Assembly: GCA_951406725.2 (NCBI GenBank) | Contig: OX597815.1 | Span: 71,982,001-72,046,000, forward strand | DNA length: 64,000 bases | From: Octopus vulgaris | Taxonomy: Eukaryota | Reading direction: 5' to 3' | Shown: piece after piece, positions 1-13,042 of the stretch | Numbering within the stretch: position 1 is the first letter of the stretch | Layout of the letters: each line of letters opens with the position of its first letter | The notes under the pieces: generated by a model | Told to the model about the DNA's origin: nothing | Databases searched by the model: none | What the model saw: the letters and a program-made list of their open reading frames with translations, nothing else | Position numbers and translations under genes: made by a program

Positions 1-710
1 TGACCGTTTGTTTTGGGGTCATAACCATAGACCCATGATTCATCACCCCTTATGACTGTTTTCAAAAAGTTTTCATCGTTCTTGACACACTCAAGGAGAT
101 CTTGTACAATTGAAACCCAAGTGTCATTTTGGTCAGCAGAAAGCAGTTTTAACACAAACTTAGCAGACATGCATCTCATACCCAAATCTTCAGTGACAAG
201 GGACTGAAATGAACTGTAACTAATCTGCACATCCTCTGATAACTCACAGATGGGGATATCACAATTTTCCCTCACAACTGCATGCACATCTGCGATGTTT
301 TTTTCTGTTCTGCTGATTGCAGGTCTCCCAGAACGTTCATCAATATTGACATTTTTTCGGCCTTCCTGGAAACGTCTGAACCACTCGTACACATGTGTGC
401 AACTTATATGCCCCTCTCCATACACTTTCTGCAACTTTGTGTAGGCCTCTGAGCAGGTATCACCAAGCTTTTGGTTAAATTTGATACAGATTCTCTATTC
501 AACCTTTTCTGTGATGATCAATGCGATGATCACACGTTACCCACGTTCCTTCCAATCGCTGCCGTAAACAGCGGAAGTGAGCTAGAATGTTAAAACTTAG
601 TGCACACGCACAGCAGAGTTCAAGGTCAATCTGTGTCAAGCAGCTTTACTCTGCGTGCTTTAGCTTCGTTACTACAGCAACAGTCTGGATACATATTGAT
701 CAGACCATGT
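1..710 (-). mobile_element. Mariner-type transposon, 5' part (decayed transposase)
   Basis: Minus-strand translation gives RICIKF..LG..YEWFRRFQEGR..DERSGRP..KFVLKLL..GDESWVYGYDP (mariner HTH plus first catalytic D), with an in-frame TAG near the start. A TIR-like end lies near 690-710. Confidence 0.85.
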
Positions 711-938
711 TTATATATAATTTTGTTCATTCGTTATAAATCTCGAATTATGCTTGCACTGATGATTAAAAAGTGCATTACTGCACTAATTATGAAATCA
801 CGGTGATCTGCAGCTAAATTCTGTTTTTAAATAACTTGCTTCGAGAGTTGCATTCGGTACGATGTATTTATTTATTTTGGTAGTTTTGACTTTAAGAGAC
901 CCTCCTAGCGTGTGGCATTTATGTATAGTATTGCCATC

Positions 939-969
<31 letters not shown>

Positions 970-1204
970 GGTAAACAGTAAAAATAATTACAGACATGGA
1001 CAAGAACATGAAACGCCACAGAGACGACACAAGAACCACAGGACGGGACATTCGAAGCCCTCAGTCATCAGTCAAGAACCAGATCATCTTAGCAATTTCG
1101 GCTGATTAGGGAAGCTTTATGAAAATAGACAAAAGACGAAGGCAGGTGGAAAACAAACAAACAATTGTATTAGTATGGCGCTCAGGAAATATAAATAAAA
1201 TAAG

Positions 1205-1242
1205 TCTTTAACGTTTCGAGCCTACGCTCTTCAACAGAAAGA
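1205..1242 (-). ncRNA. Minimal type I hammerhead-ribozyme-like motif (variant core)
   Basis: UCUUU CUGUUGAA GAGC-GUAG-GCUC GAAAC GUU AAAGA: stem I UCUUU/AAAGA, stem II GAGC/GCUC, palindromic AACGUU stem III. Confidence 0.55.
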
Positions 1243-1417
1243 TACACAGAGAGAAAAAAACACAGAAAGAAGGAGAGAAAAAAAATGCGTGCAGTAACTA
1301 ACGAATCAACATGGCGATCTGATTTCGGCCAGAGGTCAAAGATCAAACATGAGACGCGAGAGCGAAATAAGGGGAGATAATAGGGTTGATAATAGGGTTG
1401 AATGACCAGCTATTAAG

Positions 1418-1832
1418 GCGTAGGAGAGGTCTGGACGTGTGTATGTATAGGGTTGGTGTATGTATTAGTATGTATTAGTATGTATAAGGGTGTGTGTGTG
1501 TGTATGAGAGAGTATTAGTGCGTAGGATAGGTCTGGACGTGCGTATGTATGGGGTTGGTGTATGTATTAGTATGTATTAGTATGTATAAGGGTGTGTGTG
1601 TGTGTATGAGAGAGTATTAGTGCGTAGGATAGGTCTGGACGTGCGTATGTATGGGGTTGGTGTATGTATTAGTATGTATTAGTATGTATAAGTGTGTGTG
1701 TGTGTGTATGAGAGAGTATAAGTGCGTATGAGGGGTCTGGACATGTGTATGTATAGGGTTGGTGTATGTATTAGTATGTATTAGTATGTATTAGTACGTA
1801 TTAGTATGTATTAGTTGGTGTATGTATTAGTA
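1418..1832. repeat. 102-bp tandem repeat (about 4 units)
   Basis: GTCTGG recurs at 1429, 1531, 1633 and 1735; internal GTATGTATTA sub-repeats. Confidence 0.9.
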
Positions 1833-1877
1833 TGGCACATCATATATGATGTGATGTGTAAAGTCGTGTGGTGTAGT

Positions 1878-2255
1878 GAGGAGAAGAGGGGAGGGGGAGG
1901 AGAAGGGGAGGGGAAGAGGAGAGGAGGGGGAAGAGGAGAGGAGGGGGAAGAGGAGAGGAGGGGGAAGAGGAGAGGAGGGGGAAGAGGAGAGGAGGGGGCG
2001 GGGAGGAGGAGATGAGGGGGGGGAGAAAGAGGAGGGGGGAGAAGGTAGGGGAGGAGGAGGGGAGGAGGAAGGAGGAAAGAGGGAGAGGGGGAGAGAGAAG
2101 GGGAGTGAGGGTGCAGAGGGAAGGAGGGAGGGAGAAAGAGGGAAGAAGGGAAGGGGAGTAGGGGTGAAAGGATGAAGGACTGAAGAAGTAGGGGTCGGGG
2201 GGGAAGGATAGGTAAGGAGGGGGAGAGGGGGGTTAGATGAGGAGGGGGGGAGAGT
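1878..2255. repeat. Purine-rich (G/A) low-complexity tract
   Basis: About 370 nt almost entirely G/A on the plus strand. Confidence 0.9.
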
Positions 2256-2418
2256 TGAGACCAAATGGCGTATAAGAGCGAAGAGAGAAGATTAATTCCT
2301 GTTCACGGCGCAAACGGGAATCCGGATGGCCTCTGTGTAAGGACAAACCGAACACAGATAGGTGTTGCAAGGAGTGACCGGTGGAGCGGAAATGGCGTGA
2401 GACCGGTGTGTCGTTCGC

Positions 2419-2449
<31 letters not shown>

Positions 2450-2655
2450 CATACACATATATATATATATATATACACACACACATATATATATATATAT
2501 ATACATATATACACATATATATATATATACATATATATGTGTATATATACACACACACATACATACATACATACATACATACATACATACATACATACAT
2601 ACATACATACATACATACATACATACATACATACATACATACATACGCACATACA
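2419..2655. repeat. (TA)n/(CATA)n microsatellite
   Basis: Direct reading. Confidence 0.95.
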
Positions 2656-3614
2656 CTATGAAGGAGACATACAAAGAACAATAATCTTACCTATTTGTCT
2701 ATAGATTGAGAAAAGTGATGAACAGCCTTCATCAGTTTTCAACCCCTATAGGAGCCTCATCAGAAATATATCAATAGCCCATGACCAATCTTAGAGAAAC
2801 AGGCAGCCAGTCTATGCATATCTAACTCCAGACCAACCAATTTGCATAACATTAGTTTACATATATTATATCATACCTTTGATATTTTGTGGATGGGTTC
2901 GCATTTAACAGGCTTCTGATGTTAAATAATGTTAAATAATATGATTGATCAAAACATATATTAAAAGGAGAATAATTATCAAACTTGCGATAAAGTAGTG
3001 TTGTATGAGGTGTGTCAGTTAGTGGTAAACAAGATATATATATTTTATTATTTATAAAATTTAATATATAACGGAATATAAAACAGAATATAATAAAGAA
3101 TGATTTGAAACGGTACAATGGATCCACAATTGTATCGAATGAAAGCGAGATATTAATCAATAAGTTGGTGATGACGTAAAATGTTAATTAATTAATTTAA
3201 CGTAAAATAATAGAGGGCATCAACACTAGTGTCTAATAGAAGGGGAATACAAGGAAAATAAATAATAAATTAATGATGATGATGATGGTGGTGATGATAA
3301 ATTAATAATCATTTAATTAGTTTTTTTTTTATTTATTATTTACTCCACTGTGCATATTATTTTTTTATTGATTTCATTTCTTGCATGGACTTCGTAAAAA
3401 ATCTTTTAAACTAATTTATTGATTTTTTTTTCTTTTTGTTGCTTCTACTCCCCAATTCTATTTCTGTTTCCCAATTCCCTGTATAAAATACGAAAATTCC
3501 TATATTAATTACATATATATATAAGTATGTATATCTATATCTATCTATCTATATATAGATAGATAGATATATGTGTATATATACATGCATACATACACAC
3601 ATGTATTATATTCT

Positions 3615-4070
3615 TTTCTACTCTAGGAACAAGGCACGAAATTTTGGGGAAGGGGGCCAGTCGGTTAGATCGACCCCCAGTATGCAATTGATACTTAATT
3701 TATTGACCCTAGTACACAACTGGTACTTAATTTATTGTCCCCGAAAGGATGAAAGTCAAAGTCGACCTCGGTGGAATTTGAACTCAGGACGTATTGACAG
3801 ACGAAATACCGCTAAGCATTTCGCCTGGTGTGCTAACGTTTCTTATTTTTTATTGCCCACAAGGAGCTAAACATAGAAGGGCCAAACAAGGACAGACAAA
3901 CGGATTAAGTCGATTACAGCAACCCCAGTGCGTAACTGGTACTTAATTTATCGACTCCGAAAGGATGAAAGGCAAAGTCAACCTCGGTGGAATTTGAACT
4001 CAGAACGTAACGGCAGACAAAATACCGATAAGCATTTCGCTTGGTGTGCTAACGTTCCTGCCAGCTCGCC
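3615..4070 (-). mobile_element. tRNA-derived SINE, tandem/partly duplicated copy
   Basis: Reverse complement reads GGCGAGCTGGCAG..GTTAGCAC..GAGTTCAAATTCC (A/B-box head) plus a GCCTTTCATCCTT..GTCGATAAATTAAGTACCAG body. The same family recurs about 10 times in the window. Confidence 0.85.
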
Positions 4071-4115
4071 AACATCATGCATGTATTATATCATAATCAT
4101 GCTTATACGTGTGTG

Positions 4116-4171
<56 letters not shown>

Positions 4172-4257
4172 TGCGTGCGTGCATGTGTGTGTGTATTTAC
4201 ACGCACACAAACACACACATATATACACAGATGTATATATATAAATATATAGATCTA

Positions 4258-5140
4258 TACAGGGGTTGGACAAATTTCAAGCAAATTTATTTCAAGCAAA
4301 TTTATTTTAATATGAGGTAGAACTGCCTTTGGCAGTATTTACAGCTTGAATTCTACAAGGTATGGACTCATACAAAGTTTGAATTGTTTCCAAAGGAATT
4401 TTTGTCCATTCTTCAGCTAAAACAGTCTCCAATTCTTGTAGTGATGATGGTGAAGGATATCGACTCCTTACTTGTTTTCCTAAAATGCACCATAAATGTT
4501 CAATAATATTGAGATCTGGGGACTTTGATGGCCAGATAAGATGTTTAACTTCACTAGAATGTTCCTCGTGCCATTCAGTAGCAACTTTATCTGTGTAAAT
4601 TGGTGCATTATCATCCTGAAAGATAGCGCTTCCCTCTGGAAACAGTTCTGCAACCATAGGATGAATTTGATCAGATAAAATGCTCAAATAGTCTTGACTA
4701 TTAATTCTGCCATGAAGGGAAACCATTGGGCCGGCAGATTTCCAAGATATAACCCATCCCCCGATCATCACAGACCCTCCTCCATGCTTTACAGTTGGAA
4801 AAAGGCAGTCTGGGTCAAATGCTTCTTTTGGCTGTCTCCACATGTATATTCTGTCAGTGGTTGAAAATAAGGTAAAGGATGACTCGTCTGAGAAAATAAC
4901 ATTTTTTTCACTGCTCTAGGGACCAATTCTGTAGGTTTTTACTCCACTCTAAATGCTTTGCAACGTTTGTTTTTGAAAGTAGTGGTTTTCTAATTGCAGC
5001 CCTCCCATGAAATCCAGCTTTGTGCAGCTCCCGATGAACAGTTTTTGTGAAAATTGGGTTCTTGAGGTGGTCATTAAGCTCTGGAGTAATTTTGGGAGCT
5101 GTACTTTTGTGATCCTTTCTAACAATTCGCGTAAGAGTCA
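4258..5140 (-). mobile_element. Tc1-family transposon relic (DD34E-type)
   Basis: ORF 4307-4843: PTVKHGGGSVM..IFQDDNAPIYT..WPSKSPDLNIIEHLW. TA+CAGGGGTTGGACAAA terminus at about 4258. Confidence 0.9.
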
Positions 5141-6163
5141 GTGTGTAAATATTGTGTTAAAAACCCTCTAGATAGAAATGGTCAAAGTTTTGTCATCAGC
5201 AGACAGTCTGATGAAGGTAAAATTTCAAAGTCACTGTCAATATTTTCCTTGTAAAAATTGATACATATGAATGCTAATAATAAGCATTCAGTAATCCTTC
5301 TGTTTAATGTTAAATTGTTTTTATATATAACTCAACATAAAAAAGATATACATATATGCATGCATATGTATTCATACGCACATACATACGTGTTTGTGTA
5401 TGTGTGTGTGTTCAGACTTTACAACAAAAATATGAACATAACAAAGAAAGTGAAAACAAAGTGCCGTTATTAGTTTAAATGAAAGAGTAAGAAGTGAAAG
5501 CATCTTTGACGTTTCGATCTTTTGCATTTCTTCAAAAAAATTAGAAGAAAAATACATATGTGTGTGCATACACACATGTGTCTATGTGTGTATATCATTG
5601 CTAATAATTTAAATATTCATAACTCTACAATTTTTGATTTTTCAAAAACACATTTTAAACTTTTGATATTGAAAAAATATTTTTTGTTTTCTTTTATATA
5701 TTCTTTTAATGTTTCTGCTGTAGAAAAGTAATCAAATTTCTGTATACATCAACTGGAATTATAACACACAGTTTTAATGATTACAAATGAAGAATATTAA
5801 AATTTGATTATGTTTGAGTTAGTTTAATTAGATAAAATATGGACATACAACTATTTCAATATATAAAAATGTCAAGCTGAATTATACAACTTTTGGTTAT
5901 AATTAAATAACAGATATACAGACAAGAATTTCAATATATAATATTTTAGAATATTGAGATATAGGAATTTTAGTCTCTCGTTTTGTGGTTTGCACATCTA
6001 GTACCAACAGTTTATAGAAATTATGGTAGCTTTCTGACTTTTAGCAAAGAATTATAAATGTTTTTCCTTCCTCTTCATGATATCAATATGTGCGTTTTTA
6101 TTTGTACTATTCTCCACCCCATCAAAATACAAATATGTGTGTGTGTTTGTGTGTATGTTTGTG

Positions 6164-6242
<79 letters not shown>

Positions 6243-6249
6243 CTTGCTT

Positions 6250-6700
6250 ATGATAGCCTCTCCACTGATGGCTGTGACCTGGTCTCACTCACTGTTGCTG
6301 ATATACAATGCTTCAGGGATAGGTTGTCCCATTCATGCAAAGCTTTTGGTCAGACAATCAGTCTGAATAAAACAGTTGTCATGTCTCAACCAGCACCAGG
6401 TACAGTCTATGGGAAACCTTCCATCTACATCAATGGGAAGAAGCTGACAATTGTTAAGAAGTTCTCCTAGCTTGGTTGTACTATAAAGTCACTGCTAGAG
6501 AAATATCTCACCACCTTCCCTGCTCTTCAAAATCATGTGTGGTCTTAGAAATGCCTGTAAAAGAAAACAAAGACAGTTGTCTATAATGCCTATGTTTTTA
6601 CAAGCTCTCTTTACACTTGCAAAACCTTGATAGTTTATTAGAAACATTTGAATTTACTGGAGTGCTTCCACCTGTGTTGCTTGAGATTAATCATGGACAT
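6250..6700 (+). mobile_element. RTE/BovB-like LINE reverse-transcriptase fragment
   Basis: DIQCFRDRLSHSCKAFGQTISLNKTVVMSQPAPG..IYINGKKLTIVKKFS*LG, degraded. Confidence 0.7.
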
Positions 6701-8472
6701 TCACTGAGGTCCTGGTATGAGTTGTTACATTCATGTCCTCTCTCATTCTTTCTACATGCACTGACCCTTGAGTTGCTCACTGTCATGGAAACTAGAAATG
6801 TTGAGGGACACCCCATAAGAATTAGAATGTTGAATCTAGGCTAAAGGCTTTGCTGTTGTGTCATAATTCTAATGTACCTAACAATTAAATATCAGCCAAC
6901 AGATAAAAGTTAGTCTGAACATGACATTGTTTCCCTGCATTTCTTCATGCCGAGTTAAGCCTTGGTGGTTTGCATTCAGTAATATACCATTACACAATCA
7001 ATAATACTGTCTCAGATGCTTACTTAGTACACACCACAACAACACTGTCACAATTTGTACTATATGCACTGAAATGAAAAATAACCCCACATTAAAGTGT
7101 ACATACTATCATCAGTTAAAATAGCTTAGTCATCAAATCCATGACATTTCCTATAACTAAGAACAATGTATTTCACTTCAACTTTTGCAGAAAAGCAAAT
7201 GCAACTGGCAAAACCCCAAAATCAACAATTCAAGAGCAGTCTGCAGCTTTCAGCAAAAAGAACAGCAGACAATTTCCAAATTAGTCTGAAGACTGCACAT
7301 AAGTAAATAAATAAATAAATAAATAAAGCAAATTGTGAAGTAAATGTATCTGCAATTAGAGACATAGTTGTATTATTTTCTGTCTCTTTTCATTGCTATC
7401 TGCCAGCAATCTTTAGTCTTAGCTGGAAGAAATATGTCATATATAAATATATATAAAATAATTTTTTGCGTAATAAGATAAAGAACCAAGGCTGTGTAGA
7501 TATTAGAGCATTTATAGATAGAAAGTCTTACAGCTGTTTCTAGGATATTTATTAATTATATCCCTTCATTGGAGATGGTGTGAGAGGATGGTTAGGTCAT
7601 AGTTAGTTTAGATGTGATACAAAATAGAGAGTGAGGTGGAGGAAAGAAAATAGATGCAAAATATGTATGGATATTGAAGTTGTAAATCCATTTTTTAGGC
7701 ATAATGGTATATATGCAATATTCCAATATTGTATAAGTAAAGTCCAAAAATCCAACAGAGTTTAAAATGGGTCCTTCCAAATATAGAGTTTATACACAAT
7801 GTAATATTCCCTTATGAGTGAGATCCAGCAGATTTTTAAACTTGGTCATTCCCAAGAATTTATATAGTGTTGCAGAGTCATATATATATATAATATGTTT
7901 ATATATATATATAATATACATACACATTTGCATATATATATATACATACATACATACACACACACACGCACACACACATACATATGTATGTATGTGTATG
8001 TGTATGTGCATGCATATGTATGTGTGTGTGTATAAAATAAAATTAATAAAACAAATTGCTCATTTATATAACTCCTTCCATAACTGTTGTTTCCTCCTCC
8101 TCCTCTCCTTCCCTCTCCCCCTGCAGTGTAGTTTTCCTCTCTCACTGTGTGTGTGTGTGTGTGTGTGTAGTGTTCCTTTACTCATTGCTTGCCACCAAGC
8201 CAAGTATCCACACTCATCCTACACCTCGTATATGAACTCTCTGTGTCTCTCTTTTGTTCACCTTCTTTCCCTCCTTCTCAGTATACAATGTAAAGCATGA
8301 CTGGAGAACCCAACCAGCCAACCAATCAACATTTATATCAGCCATTATTATTATTATTATTATTAAACAGACATATTTTCCAATAATAGATCATATGAAG
8401 AAATTTCTTTTCTTTATCTTCAAAAACAACCAAAATTTCCTTTTCAGTTATTTATAAATTGAAAATATTTCA

Positions 8473-8650
8473 TTACTGCTGCTGCTACTACTACTATTAC
8501 TGATGGTGATGATGATGATGTTGATGATGATGATGATGATGATGATGATGTCACTGCAACTACTACTATTGCTGCTACTGCCACTACTGCTACTACTACT
8601 GCTGCTGCTGCTGCTGCCGTCACCACCACCACCACCACTGCCACCATTAG
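8473..8650. repeat. Compound trinucleotide microsatellite (GAT/CTA/CTG/CCA)
   Basis: Direct reading. Confidence 0.9.
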
Positions 8651-9188
8651 TATGTGTGTGCATAGACAGGAAAAATGTTTTGTCAATCATCTCCATCTGA
8701 TGAGGCATCTCAAACAGTTCATAGATTGCATCTAATTGATAACATTCCCAGGTTTACATCTCAAGTCACGATGCTCTACCAGCCAACCCAGCAAACCTAG
8801 CAAACCCAGCCAGCCTGCCTGCCACCCACCAAGAGATTCTACTGCACAATTTAGTGCACACCCATTGCTTGCACTGAATACACAGTATTGAATTACTAAG
8901 AAAAAATGTCTAAGCTCACTGCAGAATCACCCAGAAAATGAATTAGTTGAACTGCTCAAATGCCTCATTAGATCTATTACCAAGATTTAGTGACATCATG
9001 TCGATTGTCAGGGCCTTGAGGTGAGGCAAGTATTTTGGGGAGAGCAAGCTATTTCTTTCTTTGTTTTCTTATATTTTTACTAATTACTGAATTACTTTAT
9101 TTTTCTTATGAGATTGTCTGCCCCTGCACACTTACATGCATACCTACCAACCTACCTACTTACATATCCACCTACTTACATACCTACT

Positions 9189-9189
<1 letters not shown>

Positions 9190-9260
<71 letters not shown>

Positions 9261-9367
9261 TATGTATGTTTATATATGTATATATATGTATATATATGTA
9301 TGTGTATATATGTATATGTGTGTATATGTATGTGTATATGTATGTGTATATGTGTCTATATATATGG

Positions 9368-9414
<47 letters not shown>

Positions 9415-9430
9415 TGTATATGTATGTATA
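9190..9430. repeat. (TA)n/(GATA)n/(TATG)n microsatellite
   Basis: Direct reading. Confidence 0.9.
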
Positions 9431-10209
9431 TTATTTATATTATTATATGATTGAACACCACAAATCCTTTTCCGAGTAAGTTTTATCTTAATTACTCTGA
9501 TGCGTTCCTTCTATTATTCTTTTTTTTTTTCTCTCTTCCTCCACTATTCCATCCTTTTGCTCTTTCGTTTTCTCTCTACCTTTCTCTTGTTCTTTTGCCT
9601 CCTGTTCTCCCACTATTCTATCCTACTCTTTTGTTTTCTCTCTTTCTTTCTTTTGCCTCCCCTTCTCTCTCTCTCTCTCATTTTTCTCTCTTATCCTGTC
9701 TCCAAATCTTTTCCTCTCAACTTCACAGCTCTCTGTCTATCACTCTCTCTCCCTCACTCTTCTTCCATTGCTCACATGGCCCCCCACGTGACCATCAGCT
9801 ATTCTCCCAACTTGTGTTTCTTTCTTTCTTCATATTTCAGCCGGACAGGGAAGACGTATTGTTCTCTGTCTCCTGTCTAGACTTGTTTCTTTGGGTTCGC
9901 CACCATAACCTCTTCCTATTTGTTTTCACTGTCCTGTTTTTGTTACCAAATTTTACCCTTCGCAAGATCGTAAATTTTATTTAATTTGCTTTGCGGGAGC
10001 AACAGTTTTATCGAAGGCGTATCTTGTCATGAATTGCTTGATATACGCATTAGAAAAACAGCTGACAACTGATGAAGGGTCGTTCCTTGTGTTGCTTGTC
10101 TTGTTTTCCATTTGTTTCTTTCGTTGCTTGCAAAAAAGACCTTATTCCATGTTCTCATACTTCGTATTTTTTGTTGTTTATGTTTTATGACATCCTGTGC
10201 ACACTTATG

Positions 10210-10296
10210 CATATGTATATACATATATTTGTAAGTATGTACGTATACGTATGTATATATGCATATATATATATATATAAATATTATTTATATTAT

Positions 10297-10328
<32 letters not shown>

Positions 10329-10440
10329 CCTACATATATATACATATAAATATACACACATATATATGTGTGTATATATATATATATGTGTGTGTATGTA
10401 TATATATGTATATGTATATATATATATGTATATGTGTATA

Positions 10441-10534
<94 letters not shown>
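10210..10534. repeat. TA-rich microsatellite
   Basis: Direct reading. Confidence 0.9.
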
Positions 10535-10539
<5 letters not shown>

Positions 10540-13012
10540 ATCGAGGTAGTCAGAGTATGTGACAGAATACTTAAGATTAGATTAGTGCTCCATCATAGTT
10601 TAGCAACTATTATATCGGCCTATGCCCCTCAGCCAGGGCTACCCGATGGACAGAAAGACTGTTTCTATGACACCCTACTGCAAACCACCTCATTGACGAA
10701 TGACAGGGGCCTTCTCTTTGTGGCTGGTGACTTCAATGGGCATGTTGGACAACATGCTGGGGGCTTCCATGGCGTACATGGAGGCTACGGTTATGGTTCC
10801 CGCGACGAAGAGGGAACCAGGCTGCTGGAGTTCTGTGATGCGAATAGTCTTATGGTTTACAACACTAACTTCAGGAAACCAACAAGCCACCTGGTCACCT
10901 ACCGATCGGGCCGGCATACTAGCCAAATCGACTACATCCTTGCCAGAAAAAGGGAAAGATGGCTGCTATGAATGCCAAAACCTTCCCAGGTGAAGAATGT
11001 ACCCCACAACATAGACTGGTAGTTAGTGACTTTAGGATCAGGACTAAGAGGACGACTAGAAGACGACCAACATAGAGAAGAAGGGTCTGGAAGCTTAAAG
11101 ACCCTGCGAATGGACAGAGATTTAGAGACATGTTACTTGAAGCCTTTGACGAAATAGAAGGGGGTATAGCTACACACAGGGTAGAAGACAACTGGACGCT
11201 TCTAAGGGACAACCTGCTGAAAGCCACTGACCAGATCTGTGGCTGGTGCAAAGTCCCCTCAAGACCCAAAGTAACGTGGTGGTGGAACAATATTGTTGAC
11301 AGGGCTATTAGACAAAAGAAACAGGCTTGGAAGGACTGGAAGAACGGTGGTAGCAGGGAAGTGTATCAGACTGCCAGAAGGGAAGCTAGGAGGCAGGTGT
11401 ATTTAGCCAGAGGGGAAGCAGATAAGAAAAAATTTGCCAATGTTCTGCACTATGAGGATGAAAGACTTGAGGTATTTCGTGTAGCAAGACAGTGTGTGAG
11501 AGAGAATCATGACGTGGTAGGAGAGAAATGTGTTCGCAAGGATGACAGCTCACTTGCACTAAATGAGGATGCAAAGAGAGAGGTTTGGAGACGCCACTAT
11601 GAAAGGTTGCTGAATGAGGAAAATGAATGGGATAAAGAGAGTCTGCCGAATGTCGACCCAACAGAGGGACCAGCAACCCGAGTTGACAGTTCCTTAGTAG
11701 TTAAGGCAATTACAAGCATGAAAACAGGGAAAGCCCCAGGCCCATCAGGAATTACTGCAGAGATGCTCAAAATATCTGGTAGTGTCGGCTATAGCCTAGT
11801 CACCCGTATAGTTAACCAGGTGATACACGAAGGAGTCATACCCAATGACTGGTGTAGCAGCATAATAGTCAACTGCTACAAAGGTAAAGGTGACGCCCTA
11901 GATACAAATAACTACAGGGGTATCAAGCTGCTGGATCAGGTAATGAAGGTTACAGAGAGGTTTATAGCCCAACTAATTAGAGAGAGAGTTAGTTTAGATG
12001 AGATGCAGTTTGGGTTCATGCCAGGGAAAAGTACTACTGATGTTATATTCCTGGTAAGACAGCTGCAGGAGAAATACCTAGCCAAAGATAAGCCCCTGTA
12101 CCTGGCTTTTGTTGACATGGAGAAAGCCTTCGACAGGGTCTCCCGATCCCTTATCTGGTGGTCAATGAGAAAACTAGGGATAGATGAATGGTTAGTGAGA
12201 GCTGTGCGAGCCATGTACAGAGACACTGCTAGTAAGGTGAGGGTTGGCAACGAGTACAGTGAAGAATTCCGGGTAGAGGTTGGGGTCCACCAAGGTTCAG
12301 TCCTCAGTCCCCTCCTATTTATCATAGTCCTCCAGGCAATAACGGAGGAATTCAAGACAGGATGCCCCTGGGAGTTCCTCTATGCTGATGACCTAGCTCT
12401 AATTGCTGAGTCACTATCAGAACTGGAGGAGAAGTTTCAGGTGTGGAAGCAAGGATTAGAATCGAAGGGCCTTAGAATCAACCTAGCCAAAACCAAAGTC
12501 CTAATAAGTAGGAAGGTAGACAAGTCACAAACGCCTTCAGGTAGATGGCCCTGCTCGATCTGTAAAAAAGGTTTAGGTAGAAACTCTATAAGGTGCACCA
12601 AGTGTAAGCTATGGACACATAAGAGGTGCAGCAATGTCAAAAGAAGGCTCACTAGGAAAATAGTTTGTCTGTGGCAGATGCTCAGGAGCAATAAACACTG
12701 AAAATGTGCGGAGACCAACTTCTACCACGTTCCAGGGAGAAAAACTAGAAGTAGTTGATAGCTTCCGCTACCTAGGTGACCAAGTCAGTAGCGGGGGTGG
12801 GGGTGCTGAAAGTGTAACTGCTAGAGTAAGTATAGCCTGGGCAAAGTTTAGAGAGCTCTTACCCCTGCTGGTGACAAAAGGCCTCTCGCTCAGAGTGAAA
12901 GGCAGACTGTATGATGCATGTGTACGTACAGCCATGCTACATGGTAGTGAAACATGGGCTGTGACTGCTGAGGATATGCGTAAGCTTGCAAGAAATGAAG
13001 CCAGTATGCTCA
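10535..13012 (+). mobile_element. RTE-clade LINE ORF: APE endonuclease, reverse transcriptase and Cys/His finger; disrupted and truncated at both ends
   Basis: [22 protein letters not shown] (APE); KGKGD..NYRGIKLL, QFGF, AFVDMEKAFDRV, GVHQGSVLSPLLF, LYADDL (RT); CSICKK..CTKCKLWTHKRC; FRYLG. Frameshifts or stops near 10970, 11070 and 12660. Confidence 0.95.
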
Positions 13013-13042
13013 AAGTTACTCAAAGTTCATTCTCACTGCATT

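Larger units (their letters stand above)
1110..2418 (-). mobile_element. Penelope-like retroelement 3' end (GIY-YIG C-terminus plus 3' tail)
   Basis: 2240-2418 translates as [22 protein letters not shown]...[21 protein letters not shown], typical of a PLE endonuclease C-terminus. It is followed by a pyrimidine tract, tandem repeats and a hammerhead-like motif. Confidence 0.75.

Noticed and set aside
1418-1832. Regularly spaced repeats resembling a CRISPR array
   Set aside because: Whole units repeat with no unique spacers, the context is eukaryotic and there are no cas genes.
9451-9984. 177-aa hydrophobic ORF
   Set aside because: It arises from a CT-rich low-complexity retroelement-like tail and has no recognisable domain or splice context.
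2233-10540. Many ORFs of 60-300 aa rich in YI/CV/HT/polyM/polyL
   Set aside because: They are translations of TA, CA, CATA and trinucleotide microsatellites, not genes. Only the non-repeat parts (PLE and RTE fragments) were kept.
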